Positions 24,466-36,945 of a DNA stretch of 64,000 nucleotides are shown in pieces. Position 1 is the stretch's first letter. Each line of letters opens with the position of its first letter. The position numbers and the translations under genes are program-made. Source of the DNA: Malacoraja senta (Eukaryota); NCBI GenBank assembly GCA_038087875.1, contig CM076000.1, positions 2,170,001-2,234,000 on the forward strand, in the 5' to 3' direction. The notes beneath the pieces are model-generated. The model was given only the letters and a program-made list of their open reading frames with translations. It searched no databases and was not told the origin of the DNA.

Positions 24466-25194
24466 CTGCTTGTGGGAATGGGTATATCACAATGGAATCT
24501 CATTTAGCAGCAAATCTGGGATTTAAAAAAACAAGATTTCTTGGGAGGTTTTTCATGGGGGTGGGGGGGTGATACTCCCCACCTCCCACCCCCTTCTGCC
24601 CCCTACGTGGGAATTATTGATTGCCTCTGTAAATTCCAGAATTTTCCCTGTGGGGGGTCATAGGGGTGATTTGCTCCGGCCGACGCCTGTCTCCGCGTGT
24701 TGGGGGACGGGGCCCAATGGGTCCTACTTGGTCTAGTATATAACTATAACTCTCATCTTGTATGTATGTATGTTCTTGAAATACAACCAAAACGGTACAC
24801 GACCGCACAATCATTTTAGTGCCGCCTTACTCACCATTCGCCTGCGGTGTGCAATATTAAGTTTTGTTCAATTTTACAAAGTAATTCCCTTTATAAACTT
24901 TAATTAACTTTCTAATGTGAACAGCAGTGCGCTCCCACGATGCCGGGCCCGTCTCCGCAGTTGGCGGAGGGTTGTCGGGCCCGGTATCTGCACGTGCGCA
25001 GTTGACGGAATTTAAAATAACTGAACGGGTTGTACTTGACTGGCATCACAACGGGCACCCAACGGGTCCACGAGTTGTCTACTATTATTATAAAATTATG
25101 AGAGGCATAGATAGGGTAGATACTCAGAATCTTTTTCCCAGCATGGAAATGTCCAACATGAGATAGTACAGCTATAAGATGAGAGGCGGAAGTT

Positions 25195-25565
25195 CATCCA
25201 GGACAAATCAGGGCTGGCAACAGATGAAGTCAGGCAGGGAAGTTCGCTGGTAGGCCAACTGTTGGCTAGGGACAGTGTGATCCCAAGAGGGATACATAGG
25301 TGCAAACTGTACAACTGGTTAATGGACTTTGAATGGAGGGAGGGGGAGGGGAGTGTTTGTATAAGTAACCTAAAATTAGAGAATTCAACATTCATACCGC
25401 TGGGTTGTAAATCACCTAAGCGAAATATGAGACGCTGTTCCACCAATTTGCGTTTGGCCTCACTCCGGCAGTGGAGGAGGCCGAGGACAGAAAGGTCAGT
25501 GTGGGAAGGGGAGTTAAAATGGTTAGCAACCGGGAGGTACAATAGGCCTTGGCGGTCCGAGTGTA
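25195..25565 (-). mobile_element. Penelope-like element fragment (GIY-YIG endonuclease C-terminus plus 3' region)
   Basis: 'LPVANHFNSPSHTDLSVLGLLHCRSEAKRKLVEQRLIFRLGDLQPSGMNVEF' resembles the C-terminus of Penelope GIY-YIG domains. Confidence 0.85.
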
Positions 25566-26667
25566 ATTGACATATGTTTTATTTTCTATACGTCACTTTG
25601 TGATTATTAAAGACACTTTAATCATCTGTTTGTGGGTATTCTGAGTTGACGGCCCACATTGCTACCATTGTCGCATTGAGCCAACAGCTCTCTGCTTGCA
25701 TTAGCCTCATCGCATGTTGAAGTAACATTGCAGTCACCCTGGAGAATATTGCTATTTTTGTTACTGCGTCTCCCACACGCTGCACACACCAATGCCAGTG
25801 CAAGGAAGCAGATGCCCTCCCCTTGGTTGGTGTCATTCCACTACGTCCACTCCACTGAATCTCTGAACTAAATGAATACGAGCGACCACCCTGGAGAAGC
25901 CCACCAGCTTTAATTATATTCAGATTTAGAAAAACACCCCTCCTGTAAACACAACACATATATATTCACCCTTGGGGCTTGTTCAAAACTGTTTGCTTGT
26001 GTGTCATTAAGTTCTAAAATGCAGAATGACATTCTGTAAAGCATCTCTCCTGCTTCCCTGCAGAGGAAGCGACAGAATTCATTATTTGAATGACTGTCAA
26101 ACCCAACGCAGTGAATAAAAGCGAGAGCTGGATTAGCAGGGAGCCACTGCACCACCCATCGTGTTACAGAGACGTGAGCCAGGAGCTGCCTCCCTAGTTG
26201 AACAGTATCAGCAAATTAGATAACAGTCGGAGCTCTTGAATAGCAGATTGGGCCCCCAAAATGCTGCGTATTCCCCTATGGTGGCCCATGATGAAGTTAT
26301 TACAGGTTGTTACTCAAAGTGAAAATCACATTTTTGAGTCATAGAGTTAGTTGGGTTTAGTTGAGTTTAGTTTATTGTCACATGTACCAAGGTACAGTGA
26401 AAAGCCTTTGTTGCGTGCTAACCATTAAGCGGAAAGACAATACATGATTACAATCGAGCCGCCCACAGTGTACAGATACATGATAAAGGGAATAACATTT
26501 AGTCCAAGATAAAGCCAAGATAAAGTCCAATCAAAGGTAGTCCAAAGGTATCTAATGAGGTAGATACCGGTAGAGTCATGCAGCCGTTACCTAGATACAA
26601 CTGACAATAAAGTATCATTGTCAAAGTGACCTTTGTGTCCAGTGTTAAGTGTCCTAAGTATCCCGTG

Positions 26668-26981
26668 GGGCGGCACGGTGGTGCAGCGGTATAATTGCTG
26701 CCTTACAGCGCCAGACACTCTGGTTCGGTCCTGACCACGGTGCTGTCTTTATGGAGTTTGTACGTTCTCCCTGTGACCTGCGTAGGTTTTCTCCGGGTGC
26801 TCCGATTATCTCCCACACTTCAAAGACATACAGCGTTGTAGGTTAATTGGCCAGTAAAATTCAAAACTGTCCCTCGTGTGTAGAATAGTGCTCGTGTAAG
26901 GGGTGATTGCTGGTCGGTGTGGACTCGGTGGGCCGAAGGGCCTGTTTCCGCACTGTATCTCTAAACTAAACTAAACAAAAC
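26668..26981 (+). mobile_element. V-SINE
   Basis: Full-length consensus copy. Confidence 0.9.
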
Positions 26982-26984
26982 TAA

Positions 26985-27240
26985 TAATGTTGTTATTATA
27001 CCTACCTCGACTACCTCCTCTGGCAGCTCGTTTCATATACCCACCACACTCTGAGTGAAAAAGTTGCTCCTCAGATTTCTATTAAATCTTGTCCCTCTCA
27101 CCTTAAACCTGTGTCCTCTGGTTCTTGATTCCCCTACCCTGGGTGAAAGACTCTCTACATTTACTCTATCTATTCCCTTCATAATTTTATACACTTCAAT
27201 AAGAACACTTCAGTATCCTGTGTTCCAAGGAATAAAGAGG
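26985..27240 (-). mobile_element. CR1 3' fragment
   Basis: Reverse complement of cagagtgtggtgggtatatgaaacgagctgccagaggagg and flanks. Confidence 0.75.
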
Positions 27241-27970
27241 CGTGCGGCAGCCTCGCCAGCAGTTTGTCTGTCATTTAGACTTTTTTTGTTTTTTTTAGTA
27301 TGTCTAAATGTAAGTGTTAATGTCTCTCGGTATGTTTTTATGGGGGGGCAGTGGGGGGGGGGAATGGGGGAAACCATTTCCAGTCACTTACCTCGGGGGA
27401 GATGCGACTTTTCTCCTAGTGGCCTAACAATTTGGATTGGGGCGGCCTTTCCCGGAGACCGGCCCAGAGCTTCAGCAGCAGGTGCGGCGCGGACTTCCAT
27501 CGCAGAGCCAGAAGAAAGGCTCCGACCACCGGCCTGCTGACTTTAACATCGTGAAGCCGCGGTCTTTGGAGCTTCTAGCAGCAGGCGATCGCCGGAGAAG
27601 AGCTCCGACCACTGGCCTGCCCGTGGCCTATAACAACGAGAAGCCGCGGTCTCCGGTAAGAAAGTGGCCGATTTGGGCACTCCAAGCCGCGAAGTGTGTT
27701 CCATCCGTCCTGACGTCGGAGCTTTGATCATCCCGACGAGAGGGCTTGTACATCGGGCCGTCGGTAGCGGCGACTGCGGAGGGTCAAGGCCCCAAACACG
27801 GGTGAACAAAAGGAGGAAGACTGACTGAACTTTATTGCCTTCCATCACAGTGATCACTGTGGTGGATGTTTATGCTAAGTTCTATCGTTCATTTTAATTG
27901 TGTTGTGTTCTTTTAATTGTATGGCTGCATGGTATCTCAAATATCACTGGACCTTAATTGGTGCATGTGA
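27240..27970 (+). repeat. Unclassified GC-rich interspersed repeat with a Rex1-like 3' tail
   Basis: CpG-rich body with internal direct repeats (gctccgaccac..gcctgc; aagccgcggtct). Ends aaatatcactggaccttaattggtgcatgtga, resembling Rex1 tails in this window. Confidence 0.5.
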
Positions 27971-28967
27971 ATCGGAATCTAAAGTCCCAGCCAGCCCAAC
28001 CTTTATAACTCAAACTCTAGAGTTTTGGCAGCAACTCTACCGCTGCACCACTGTGCCGTCACCAGTTCAGTTCCAGGGTTTTGCCATGGGGTCTCCTCAT
28101 GGCAGGTTCCATGACCCAGTCATTTTCATCAATGACCTTCCCTCCAACAGAAGGTCAGAACTGGGCAACTTTGGTAATGAATTCTCATCAGCAGTAGAAC
28201 TGAGGCAAATTTTAGACAGTGGCTGACAAAGGGTAAACAGTCTTTAAGCCCCTCGAATACCAGTCAATGGCCATCTCTGAAAAGGGAAGACTGAACAGGA
28301 GACTCTTATACAGAAAACTTTCTACTTTGCTGTGGAAATACAGTTCCAACAACACTCAAAATGCTTGGTTTAATTGAGTTTAGTTTATTGTTATGCGTAC
28401 CGAGCTACAGTGTAAAGCTCTATGTTGCGTGCTATCCAGTCAGCAGATAGACTAGGCATGATATCCATTGAGCCATCGACAGTGTATAGATACATAAGGG
28501 GAATAATATTTAGTGCAAGATAAAGTCCAGTGAAGTCGAATTAAACATAGTCTGAGGGTCTCCAATGAGGTAGATGGTAGGTAAGGATGCTCTCTAGTTG
28601 GTGATAGGATGGCTGACATCCAGTCCCTCCGCTCCTGTGCATGGCAGTGTTGAATGTACACACTGCAAAACACACACCTCTGCAGTTAATTCCTCTCATT
28701 GCTTCCACTCCAGTTCTGTGGATTCGAGGAGGCCGATGGGGGGGAGGATGGGGGGGGGGGTCAGAGTTGATGCCAAGGATGGGGGGTGGAGATGCTTGAT
28801 GGGATGGGCTGAGGAGTGGGTTGGCAAGTGAGGTGGTCCTTCCACTATTTATGCTGGGCGTTGTGCTCTCCTGACACAGACACTCCAGACTCACAAAGCC
28901 AGCTAAGCGGCTCCTTTTATTGGGTTGATCAGTGTTTAATATGTTACAATATCCTAGATAGAGACTA

Positions 28968-29339
28968 CTGTAACCCCTCATTATAATGGACCATAGGTAG
29001 GGGGGGAATGGTGTCCGTTATAGTCAATTGTCCACCATAACCAAGTAAAGGTTTCATTCCAACCACATAGCAGTTACTCTGAAACAATGAGTTGTTTTCA
29101 AATACAAAGTCCATTTTAACAGCTGAAAATTTATTTTTGTTACTGCAAGCTAAAAATATTAAAGGCTGTTTGTTACAATGTTTAATGGAGGTAAGTGTCC
29201 ATCGAAGGGATCGCTTGTCAATTTCAATGCCTTATCAATTTCAATATCCTCGGAAATGTAACTAGCAGCCTGTGTTCTTAGACAGTCTGCTATAACAAAA
29301 ATCCGTTATAAAGAGGTCTGTATTAACAAAGGTTTACTG
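28968..29339. mobile_element. Degenerate pogo/Tigger-like MITE
   Basis: TA on both flanks (28966-28967, 29340-29341). TIRs ctgtaacccctcattataatggacc vs rc cagtaaacctttgttaatacagacc (16/25). Subterminal tccgttata repeats. Confidence 0.5.
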
Positions 29340-29719
29340 TATAACACATTTTTGGTATTCCATTGACTTGGCCTCTGTATCCTGGTTGTGTCATTTAATG
29401 AAAATGTAATTCCAGTTAATCCACAAGGTGGAATAACAACCAGTCATGTTTCAAACTTAGAGTTAGTTCTTTTGCAATTGTTGGCAGAATGTGTCTGGTA
29501 CTTTTTTCAGAGCACTGGTATTAGCTTACTTCAACTGGCTATACACAGGAACTAAATGTAGCCAACATCTGTTTCTAGATTAAGGCAAGATTTATAGATG
29601 AAGTGAGAATGATGAATGGTAATATAACAATGATCTGTATGTGGTGAAAATTTTCAAACCCTTTTATTTGATTTTGGCTATGTTCATTGACTTCGACTTT
29701 TGTCTCAGTTCAGTGCAAG

Positions 29720-30090
29720 TCAAAGAGTCATAGAGTCATACAGCATGGAAATAGGTCCTTCAGCCTAACTTACCCACACTGACCAACATGTCCCATCTAC
29801 ATTAGTTCAACCTGCCTGTGTTTGGCCCATATCCTTCCAAACTTATCCTATCCATGTACCTGTCCAAATGTCATTTAAATTTGATGATAGTGCCTGCCTT
29901 AACTACCTCTTCCGCCAGTTCATTTCATATGCCCACTACCCTCTGTGTGAAAAAGATGCCCCTCGGGTTTCTATTAAATCTTTCCCCTCTCACCTTAAAC
30001 CTATGCCCTTTGGTTTGATTGCCCAACTCTGGGTAAAAGACTGTGCATTTACCCTATCTATTCCCCTCGAGATCTTATATGCCTATGTAG
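29720..30090 (-). mobile_element. CR1 3' fragment
   Basis: (atgactct)n tail and CR1 3' motifs on the minus strand. Confidence 0.8.
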
Positions 30091-30350
30091 CATTCAGGAC
30101 CCTCATCATTCCATTTTTCTTAGACTGAATGGACTTACTTTGAATAACATATTTGGTTTGAAAATTCCTACTTTAGGGGCATTGCATTGATCATTAAGCA
30201 GGATAACTCTCAGAAGGACAGACTTTGTTGAAAGTGAGTGGGTAAATTTTGATTGTTTTTCTTGGAGGCAAAGAGGTTAAAGATTTGGAGATGCAAGGAA
30301 CTGCAGATGCTGGTACACAAAAAAAAGATGCAAAATGCTGGAGTGACTAA

Positions 30351-30812
30351 TGGGCGGCACAGTAGCACAGCGGTAGAGCTGCTGCCTTACAGCGCCAGAG
30401 ATCCAGGTTCAATCCTGATCACGGGTGTTGTCTGTACAGAGTTTGTACGTTCTCCCCGTGACCTGCGTGGATTTTCTCGGGGTGCTCCCACACTCCAAAG
30501 ACGTACAGGTTTGTAGGCTAATTGGCTACGGGTACAGTGTGTACAGAGCTGTAAATTGTCCCTGGTGTGTAGGATAGTGCAAGTGTATGGGGATCGCTGG
30601 TCAGCGTAAACACGGTGGGCCAATGGGCATGTTTCCATGCTACATCTCTGAAGTTCAGTTTAGAGACACAGCATGGAAACATACCTGTTGGCCCACTGAG
30701 TACACACATACCAGTGATCCCCGTACACTATCCTACACTCTAGGGACAATTTCCAACTCTGTACAGTCTGCACCAGTAGTCAATTACCAAAGGCAATTAA
30801 CCTACAAACCTG
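30351..30812. mobile_element. V-SINE (+, 30351-30652) followed by an inverted copy of its 3' half (30655-30812)
   Basis: Both arms carry the same non-consensus insertion (gggtacagtgtgtacagag / ctctgtacagtctgcacc). Confidence 0.8.
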
Positions 30813-31769
30813 AATGAAACCTAAACTAAACCAAAACTTAGCAGGTCAGCACATTGTCTTTTTATGTAAAGCAGCATCTGCAGTTCCTTGTGTGGAATTC
30901 TGCCTGACTGCTGAGTTAGTCCAGTACTTTGTGTCTTTTTAAGGAATGATTTGGTTGAGATGTCTATTATAATGAATGGGATTGACATACAAAATAGGGG
31001 ATGGTTCTATCCTTGTAAACACAGCAGCCCAGAAACCTATGGATGTAAAATAATATGTACGGGTGTCGGGGGTTATGGGGAGAAGACAGGAGAATGGGGA
31101 TGAGAGCAAAAGACACATCAGCCAATGGCCTAATTCTCCTCCGAAAAGGTATGAACTTTTGAAATAATGAATTTGTGATGTGCAGAGGAACATGGCACCT
31201 CATTGAGGAGTGAGGTTATTAAAACATTTGAGGGTTCATTTTGTGGTTCTGCACCACCAGCTGAAAGGCAAGGCTCGTTGAGAACGCATCTTGGGAAATC
31301 ACAAAGATGCAGGCGGTGATTTTCCATTCATTAAAACTAATGGATGGAAAATCACGACCTGTGCTTCAATGATTTTGCAAAATGCACTCGCTGAGAATGG
31401 AGTTTCCCATTGGGAATGCCCGAGTGCAGAATCACTCCTCAAGGGAGAAGGCAGGTTAATGGGATTCACAAGGTTGATAAACGACAAAATGGTGGCTATG
31501 GGTCAATGGATTGGACATGGGATGTCTTACTCCTGTATTTGAGCGCAATTATTTTTGAGATCAGACAACTCAATGTGGAATCAAACATGGGCATTAAAAA
31601 GCAAATACTGGAGGGCATAGAGTCATAGAGCATGGAAACAGGCCCTTTGGCTCAACTTGACCATACTGACCAAACTAACCCACCTACACTAGTCCCACCT
31701 GCCTGCATTTGGCCCATATCCTTCTAAACCTCTCCTATCCATGTATCTGTCTAAATGCAACCTTTTATG

Positions 31770-32110
31770 TTAGTTTATTTTAGTTAATTGTCACGTGTAC
31801 CAAGATACACTGAAAAGTTTTTGTTGCATGTTATCCAATCAGCAGAAAGATTATACATGATTACAATCAAGCCGTCTACAGTGTACAGATACAGGATAAA
31901 GGACACAATGTTTGGTGCAAGGTAAAGTCTAGTAATGTCCGATAAATGTTTGTGGGTCTCTGATAAGGTAGATGGTAAGTCAGGACCGCACGCTAGTTGG
32001 TGATAGGATGGTACAGTTACCTGATAACAACTGAGAAGAAACTGTCCCTGAATCTGGAGGTGTGTGTTTTCACACTTTGGTACCTCTTGCCTGATAGGAG
32101 AGGGGAGAAG
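31770..32110 (-). mobile_element. Rex1/Babar 3' fragment
   Basis: Minus-strand ORF end (ctctcctatcaggcaagaggtaccaaagtgtgaaaacacacacctccagattcagggacagtttcttc) plus tail. Confidence 0.75.
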
Positions 32111-33074
32111 AGGGAGATTCAGTTGGATTCCTCGTGGAATAAGTTGGACCCAGAGACATTTGCTATGGAAAGTATGTGGTGGTGGAAGCAAGCGTTGTTC
32201 TAAACCTTATCGAACCAAGGAAGGAAACAGAAACCATTGAGGGTAAGCAAGCTGCTGGATACAAATAGTATTGTTACCTTTCTCGGAGCTAATCAAAGCA
32301 CCAGGTATTCATATAAAGGTGTGAGAAACCATACAGTTCTTGTCACATTGATGTCCTTACTGCTTGTGAGGCCTCAGAAAGACCAGATTGTAATATAGCA
32401 AAATGTGGGAGGCATCTCTGATTACATTCCCAAATACTTAATTACTTGTGAAATGCCTTGGGATGCTTGGTGGTTTTGAAAGATGCAATGTAGTGGCAAG
32501 ATCTTGCTTTTATTGAGCACAGTAAGAGACATCATGACAAAAATCACACAGCAACGTGAGTCTTCCCTGAATGAGATGATAGTCTAATCTATGCCCTCGC
32601 CTAGCATAACAAGGTTGTGCGTAGGGAATTAACAATTTGGTAGTATTTTTTTTTCGGGAAAACAAAAGGACTTTAATCCCAAGTGTTAACAGGCTATAAA
32701 TAAACCCAGAAATGTAACCTTCTCACATTTGAAACCTGGGCACAAAAGCTACTTGAAATGTTACGTTTCGTTTCATCTGTGAATGTAATTTACGTGCAGG
32801 CAGATGATAAATCTTCATCTGCACAATGGGCTAGGCAGAGTTTCATACATGCTTCAAAGATTGAGTTCAATCAGGACACAGTCATATGCAGAAATATAAA
32901 GTGGTGCTGTTAATTACAATGTCTCTCTTAACCTGACGGCTGCTGAACTAACTGGGAGTGTAAGGGATTGAAAAAATATGTTTGTCAGAATTGTTTGCAA
33001 GGCTTCATATCCGAGTAGAGCTCGATATAGGAAAAAAATTAAATAGTCAGATAACTGTTTTATTTTGATATAAA

Positions 33075-33665
33075 AATAAACTGCAGATGAAGGACTATAC
33101 CAAAGGTAAATACAAAATGCTGGAGTAACTCAATGGGTCAGGCAGCATCTCTGGAGAAAATGGAGAGGTGACATTTCGGCCGAAACATCACCCATCCACT
33201 TTCTCCAACGATGCTGCCTGATCCGCTGAGTTCCTGCAGCATTTTGTGCCTATAACTGTTTTATTTTGTCTGAAGAAGGGTTCTGACCCAAAAAATCACC
33301 TATCCATATTCTCCAGAGATGCTGCCTGACCCGTTGAATTACTCCAGCACTTTATGTTGTTTTTTTGTAAATGAGCATCTGCAATTCCTATGTTTTATTT
33401 TGGTGTCAGCATGGCAGATATTGTCTCTCTGAAGCCTTGGAGCATTGATTTTGAAACATTGCCCCATCTGACAGCAGATAAAATAACCAGGACAACAAAA
33501 TGGAACAAATTGAACACATCCTCCTACTTGGGCCTATTCCCACTTCCAGGTCCCCCCTCCCTCCCTCCCTTCAGTCTGAAGAAAGATCCCGTCCCGAAAC
33601 GTCACCCATCCTATTTCTCCAGAGATGCTGTCTGACCCATTGAGTTACACCAGCACTTTTTTTTG
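33075..33665. mobile_element. Cluster of Penelope-like termini (one hairpin plus two direct copies)
   Basis: Hairpin at about 33105-33253. Direct termini start ctgaagaaggg (33270) and ctgaagaaagatcccgtcccgaaacgtc (33576). Confidence 0.7.
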
Positions 33666-33967
33666 TCTAAAATGGAACACAACCAGTTCAACAAAATGTG
33701 TAGGGAGGAAAGGATGTGGCTTCAATAGATTAAGAGCAGAAAGAAGCCCTTTTTACATATGATCGTTTGAATTTCAGGGTTTTTGAATTTATTTTTGCTG
33801 TTCATTTTCAAGTGCATCACCTCATTAAAAGCATGCAATCTCCTCCCTCCTTGTGCATCAGGACCATGAAGAGCTCTCAGAGAAAACATATGCCCTTTAT
33901 AATGAAATCCCTCTTAACTGAGTTCAAATCACTTCTCGTACAGTTTAGGTTAGTGGAGATACATCAC

Positions 33968-34356
33968 TCATAGAGTCATAGAGTGATAAAGTGTGGAAAC
34001 AGGCCCTTCGGCCCAACTTGCCCCCACCGGCCAACATCTCCCAGCTACACTTGTCCCACCTGCCCGCATTTGGCCCATATACCTCCAAACCTGTCCTATC
34101 CACTGTCAAAAGATGATATCAAATAGAATGCCAAATGAATCATGGAGTCAGAGTCATAGAGTGTGGAAACAGGCCCTTTGGCCCAACTTGCCCACGCCAA
34201 CCAATATGTTCCATCTGCACTAGGCCTACCTGCTTGCGTTTGGCCCATATCCCTCTAAACCTCTCCTATCCATGTACCTGTCTAATAGTTTCTTAAACGT
34301 TGCAATGGTTCTTGTCTCAACTACCTCCTCTGGCAGCTTGTTCTATACACCCACCA
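33968..34356 (-). mobile_element. Two tandem CR1 3' tails
   Basis: gtgtggaaacaggccct..gcccaacttgccc occurs at about 33991 and 34160. Confidence 0.8.
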
Positions 34357-34943
34357 TTAATCAATAATTAATGACTAGCAATATTCACAGATGAGGCCAG
34401 TCATGGGTGATGCAGTCCCTAATCTGGCAAAGGCATGTAGATGGAAATAATTGTCAGGAGGTGATGAGGTTCATGCTACATCTCGGCAAGGCCGTCTTTG
34501 TCTACCATCGTGGTTAGGACATCAAGGTATTAAAAATCTTTCGTGTCACTGCCTAGGTAACCTAACACACAAGGAACTGCCATCTCATGAATGGTTTGCA
34601 GTTTCAAGTATCATTTGCGTTTCCCCTCATAGGCATCTGCGGCAGTTCCTCACAGTTCAGGTGTTGCGGATGACACTCATTTGGCTTTTGGCCAAGGACG
34701 GAAGCAATAAGAGTCCTTACAATTGAGGCTATTTAGGAAAAAAACATCTGTGTCACCTGTTCTGTTCAATTTTCTTCCTTGTTTCTTTTGGAATAAAATA
34801 TCAAAAGACTTCATCAAATTGTCATTTTCTGTAAAGAATATTATTTTCTGGTAGAACATAGAACACAGAACAGAGCATAGGAACTGGCCCTTTGGCCCAT
34901 GATGTCTTTGCCAAACATTATGCCAAGACCAACTTTAACTTCG

Positions 34944-35230
34944 TTTTTAGTTTTAGAGATAAAGTGCAGAAACAGGCCCTTCGGCCCACCGATCAGCGAT
35001 CATCTGAACACTAGTTCTATCTTACGCACTAAGGACAATGTACAGAAGCCAATAAAAACTTACAAACCTACACGTCTTTGTAATGTGGGAGGAAACCGGA
35101 GCACCTGGAGAAAACCTACATGGTCAGAGGGAGAATGTACAAACTCCATACAGACAGTACCCATAGTCAGGATGTAGTCCGGGTGTCTGGCGCTATAAGT
35201 TAGCAACTCTACTGCTGTGCCATGGTGCCA
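34944..35230 (-). mobile_element. V-SINE inserted in a CR1 3' fragment (about 34850-35545)
   Basis: SINE consensus. CR1 translation 'KLKGDLMEAYTIMRGIDRI...FTQKVV' downstream. Confidence 0.8.
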
Positions 35231-35655
35231 CCAACTCTTATCTGCCTTCATCCATATCCCTGCATATGTACAGTATGTGCCTATCTGAAAGATTCTTGAA
35301 TGCCACTATCACATCTGCCGACAATACCGCCCCCGGCAGTGCGTTCTTGACACTCACCACCTTCTGTGTAAAATAATTGCCCCGCACATCTCCATTAAAC
35401 TTTGTCTCATTCGCCTTTTTTCTAGCATTTGATATTTCCATCCTGGGAAATAGGTTCAGACTGTAGATCCTATCTATGCCTCTCATAATTGTATATGCTT
35501 CCATCAGGTCTCCCTTCAACTTCCAGTGATCCAGATAAAACAATGCAAGTCTGTCCAAATTCTCCTTGTAGCTAATACCTCCTAATCCAGGCATCATTCT
35601 GGTAATGATGCCTACGCTTATCTATTATGACTTTGGTCATGGTTATCTTTTGAGA

Positions 35656-35967
35656 CGGGGCAGCACTGTTGCACAGCAGTAGACTTGCTGCCTGACAGCG
35701 TCAGAGATCCGGGTTCGATCCTGACTATGGGTGCTATCTGTACAGAGTTTGTACGTTTTCCCTGTGGCAAGTGGGTTTTCTCCGGGTGCTTCGGTTTCCT
35801 CCCACATTCCAAATAGTATGGGTTTGTAGGTTAATTGGCTTCAGTAAAACTGTAAATTGTCCCTAGTGTGTAGGATAGTGTTAGTGCATGGGGTGATCAC
35901 AGGTCAGCGCAGATTCGATGGGCCGAAGTGCTTGTTTCCACGCTGGATCTCTAGAGTCTAAAGACTA
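35656..35967 (+). mobile_element. V-SINE
   Basis: Full-length consensus copy. Confidence 0.85.
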
Positions 35968-36295
35968 AGGTCGATAAAGTTGTGGACTATTTCACAAGTC
36001 TTTTATTTCCATCAGTTACCAAAATGTTTCTGTACTTTGGATAAAAAATTAAAGCACAACCTAATTCCAGGATTATTTCATTCCTTGTTAGAGTAGGAAA
36101 TAAAAGTTTTATTTTATTTTTAGTTTGACACAATGTACCAAGAATGAAAAGTATAGCTTGAAGATGGTTTACACCATCCAGGTGTAATTCATTAAGAAGT
36201 GAAAGGAAAGAATTAACAATTGTAACATAAGCCATATTATAACTACTCCCACTGGCTGTTTGGCTCAGACTCAGGAATCACCTACAGCATGTGTA

Positions 36296-36942
36296 GATTC
36301 AGATTCAGATTCAGATTCAACTTTATTGTCATTGTGCAGTGTACAGTACAGAGACAACGAAATGCAGTTAGCATCTCCCTAGAAGAGCGACATAGATATG
36401 AGCAGTAAATAAATAAATCTAATCTAATAAATCCTGGTGGGAGGAGTGTCCGGGGGGGGGTGTGATTGGCAGTCACCGAGGTACAGTGTTGAGTAGTGTA
36501 ACCGCCGCAGGGAAGAAGCAGTTCCTGGACCTGCTGGTCCAGCAACGGAGAGACCTGTAGCGCCTCCCGGATGGTAGGAGGGTAAACAGTCTGTGGTTGG
36601 GGTGAGAGCAGTCCTTGGCGATGCTGAGCGCCCTTCGCAGACAACGCTTGCTTTGGACAGACTCAATGGTGGGGAGTGAGGAACCGGTGATGCGTTGGGC
36701 AATTTTCACCACCCTCTGCAGTGCTTTCCGGTCGGAGACAGAGCAGTTGCCATACCATACTGTGATGCAGTTGGTAAGGATGCTCTCGATGGTGCAGCGG
36801 TAGAAGTTCACCAGAATCCGAGGAGACAGATGGACCTTCTTTAGTCTCCTCAGGAAGAAGAGACGCTGGTGAGCCTTCTTGACCAGAGTTGAGGTATTGT
36901 TGGTCCAAGAGAGGTCATCGGAGATGTTGACCCCCAGGAACC
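36296..36942 (-). mobile_element. Rex1/Babar LINE 3' fragment, young, with (tctgaa)n tail
   Basis: Open frame 'FLGVNISDDLSWTNNT...NFYRCTIESILTNCITVWYGNC...LFTLLPSGRRYRSL...FFPAAVTLLN'. Confidence 0.9.
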
Positions 36943-36945
36943 GAA

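Larger units (their letters stand above)
20443..25083 (+). mobile_element. Non-autonomous Helitron-like composite inserted in a CR1 fragment
   Basis: 5' end 'atctatctatattactaaaagtctgatcttg'. 3' end with GC hairpin ggggcccaatgggtcc then CTAG|T at 24733-24737. A second 5'-like start 'tatataactataactctcatcttg' at about 24737 and a degenerate 3' end at 25051-25083. No RepHel ORF. Confidence 0.65.

Noticed and set aside
23715..24490. ORFs of 94-196 aa
   Set aside because: They are translations of the 48-bp minisatellite and microsatellites.
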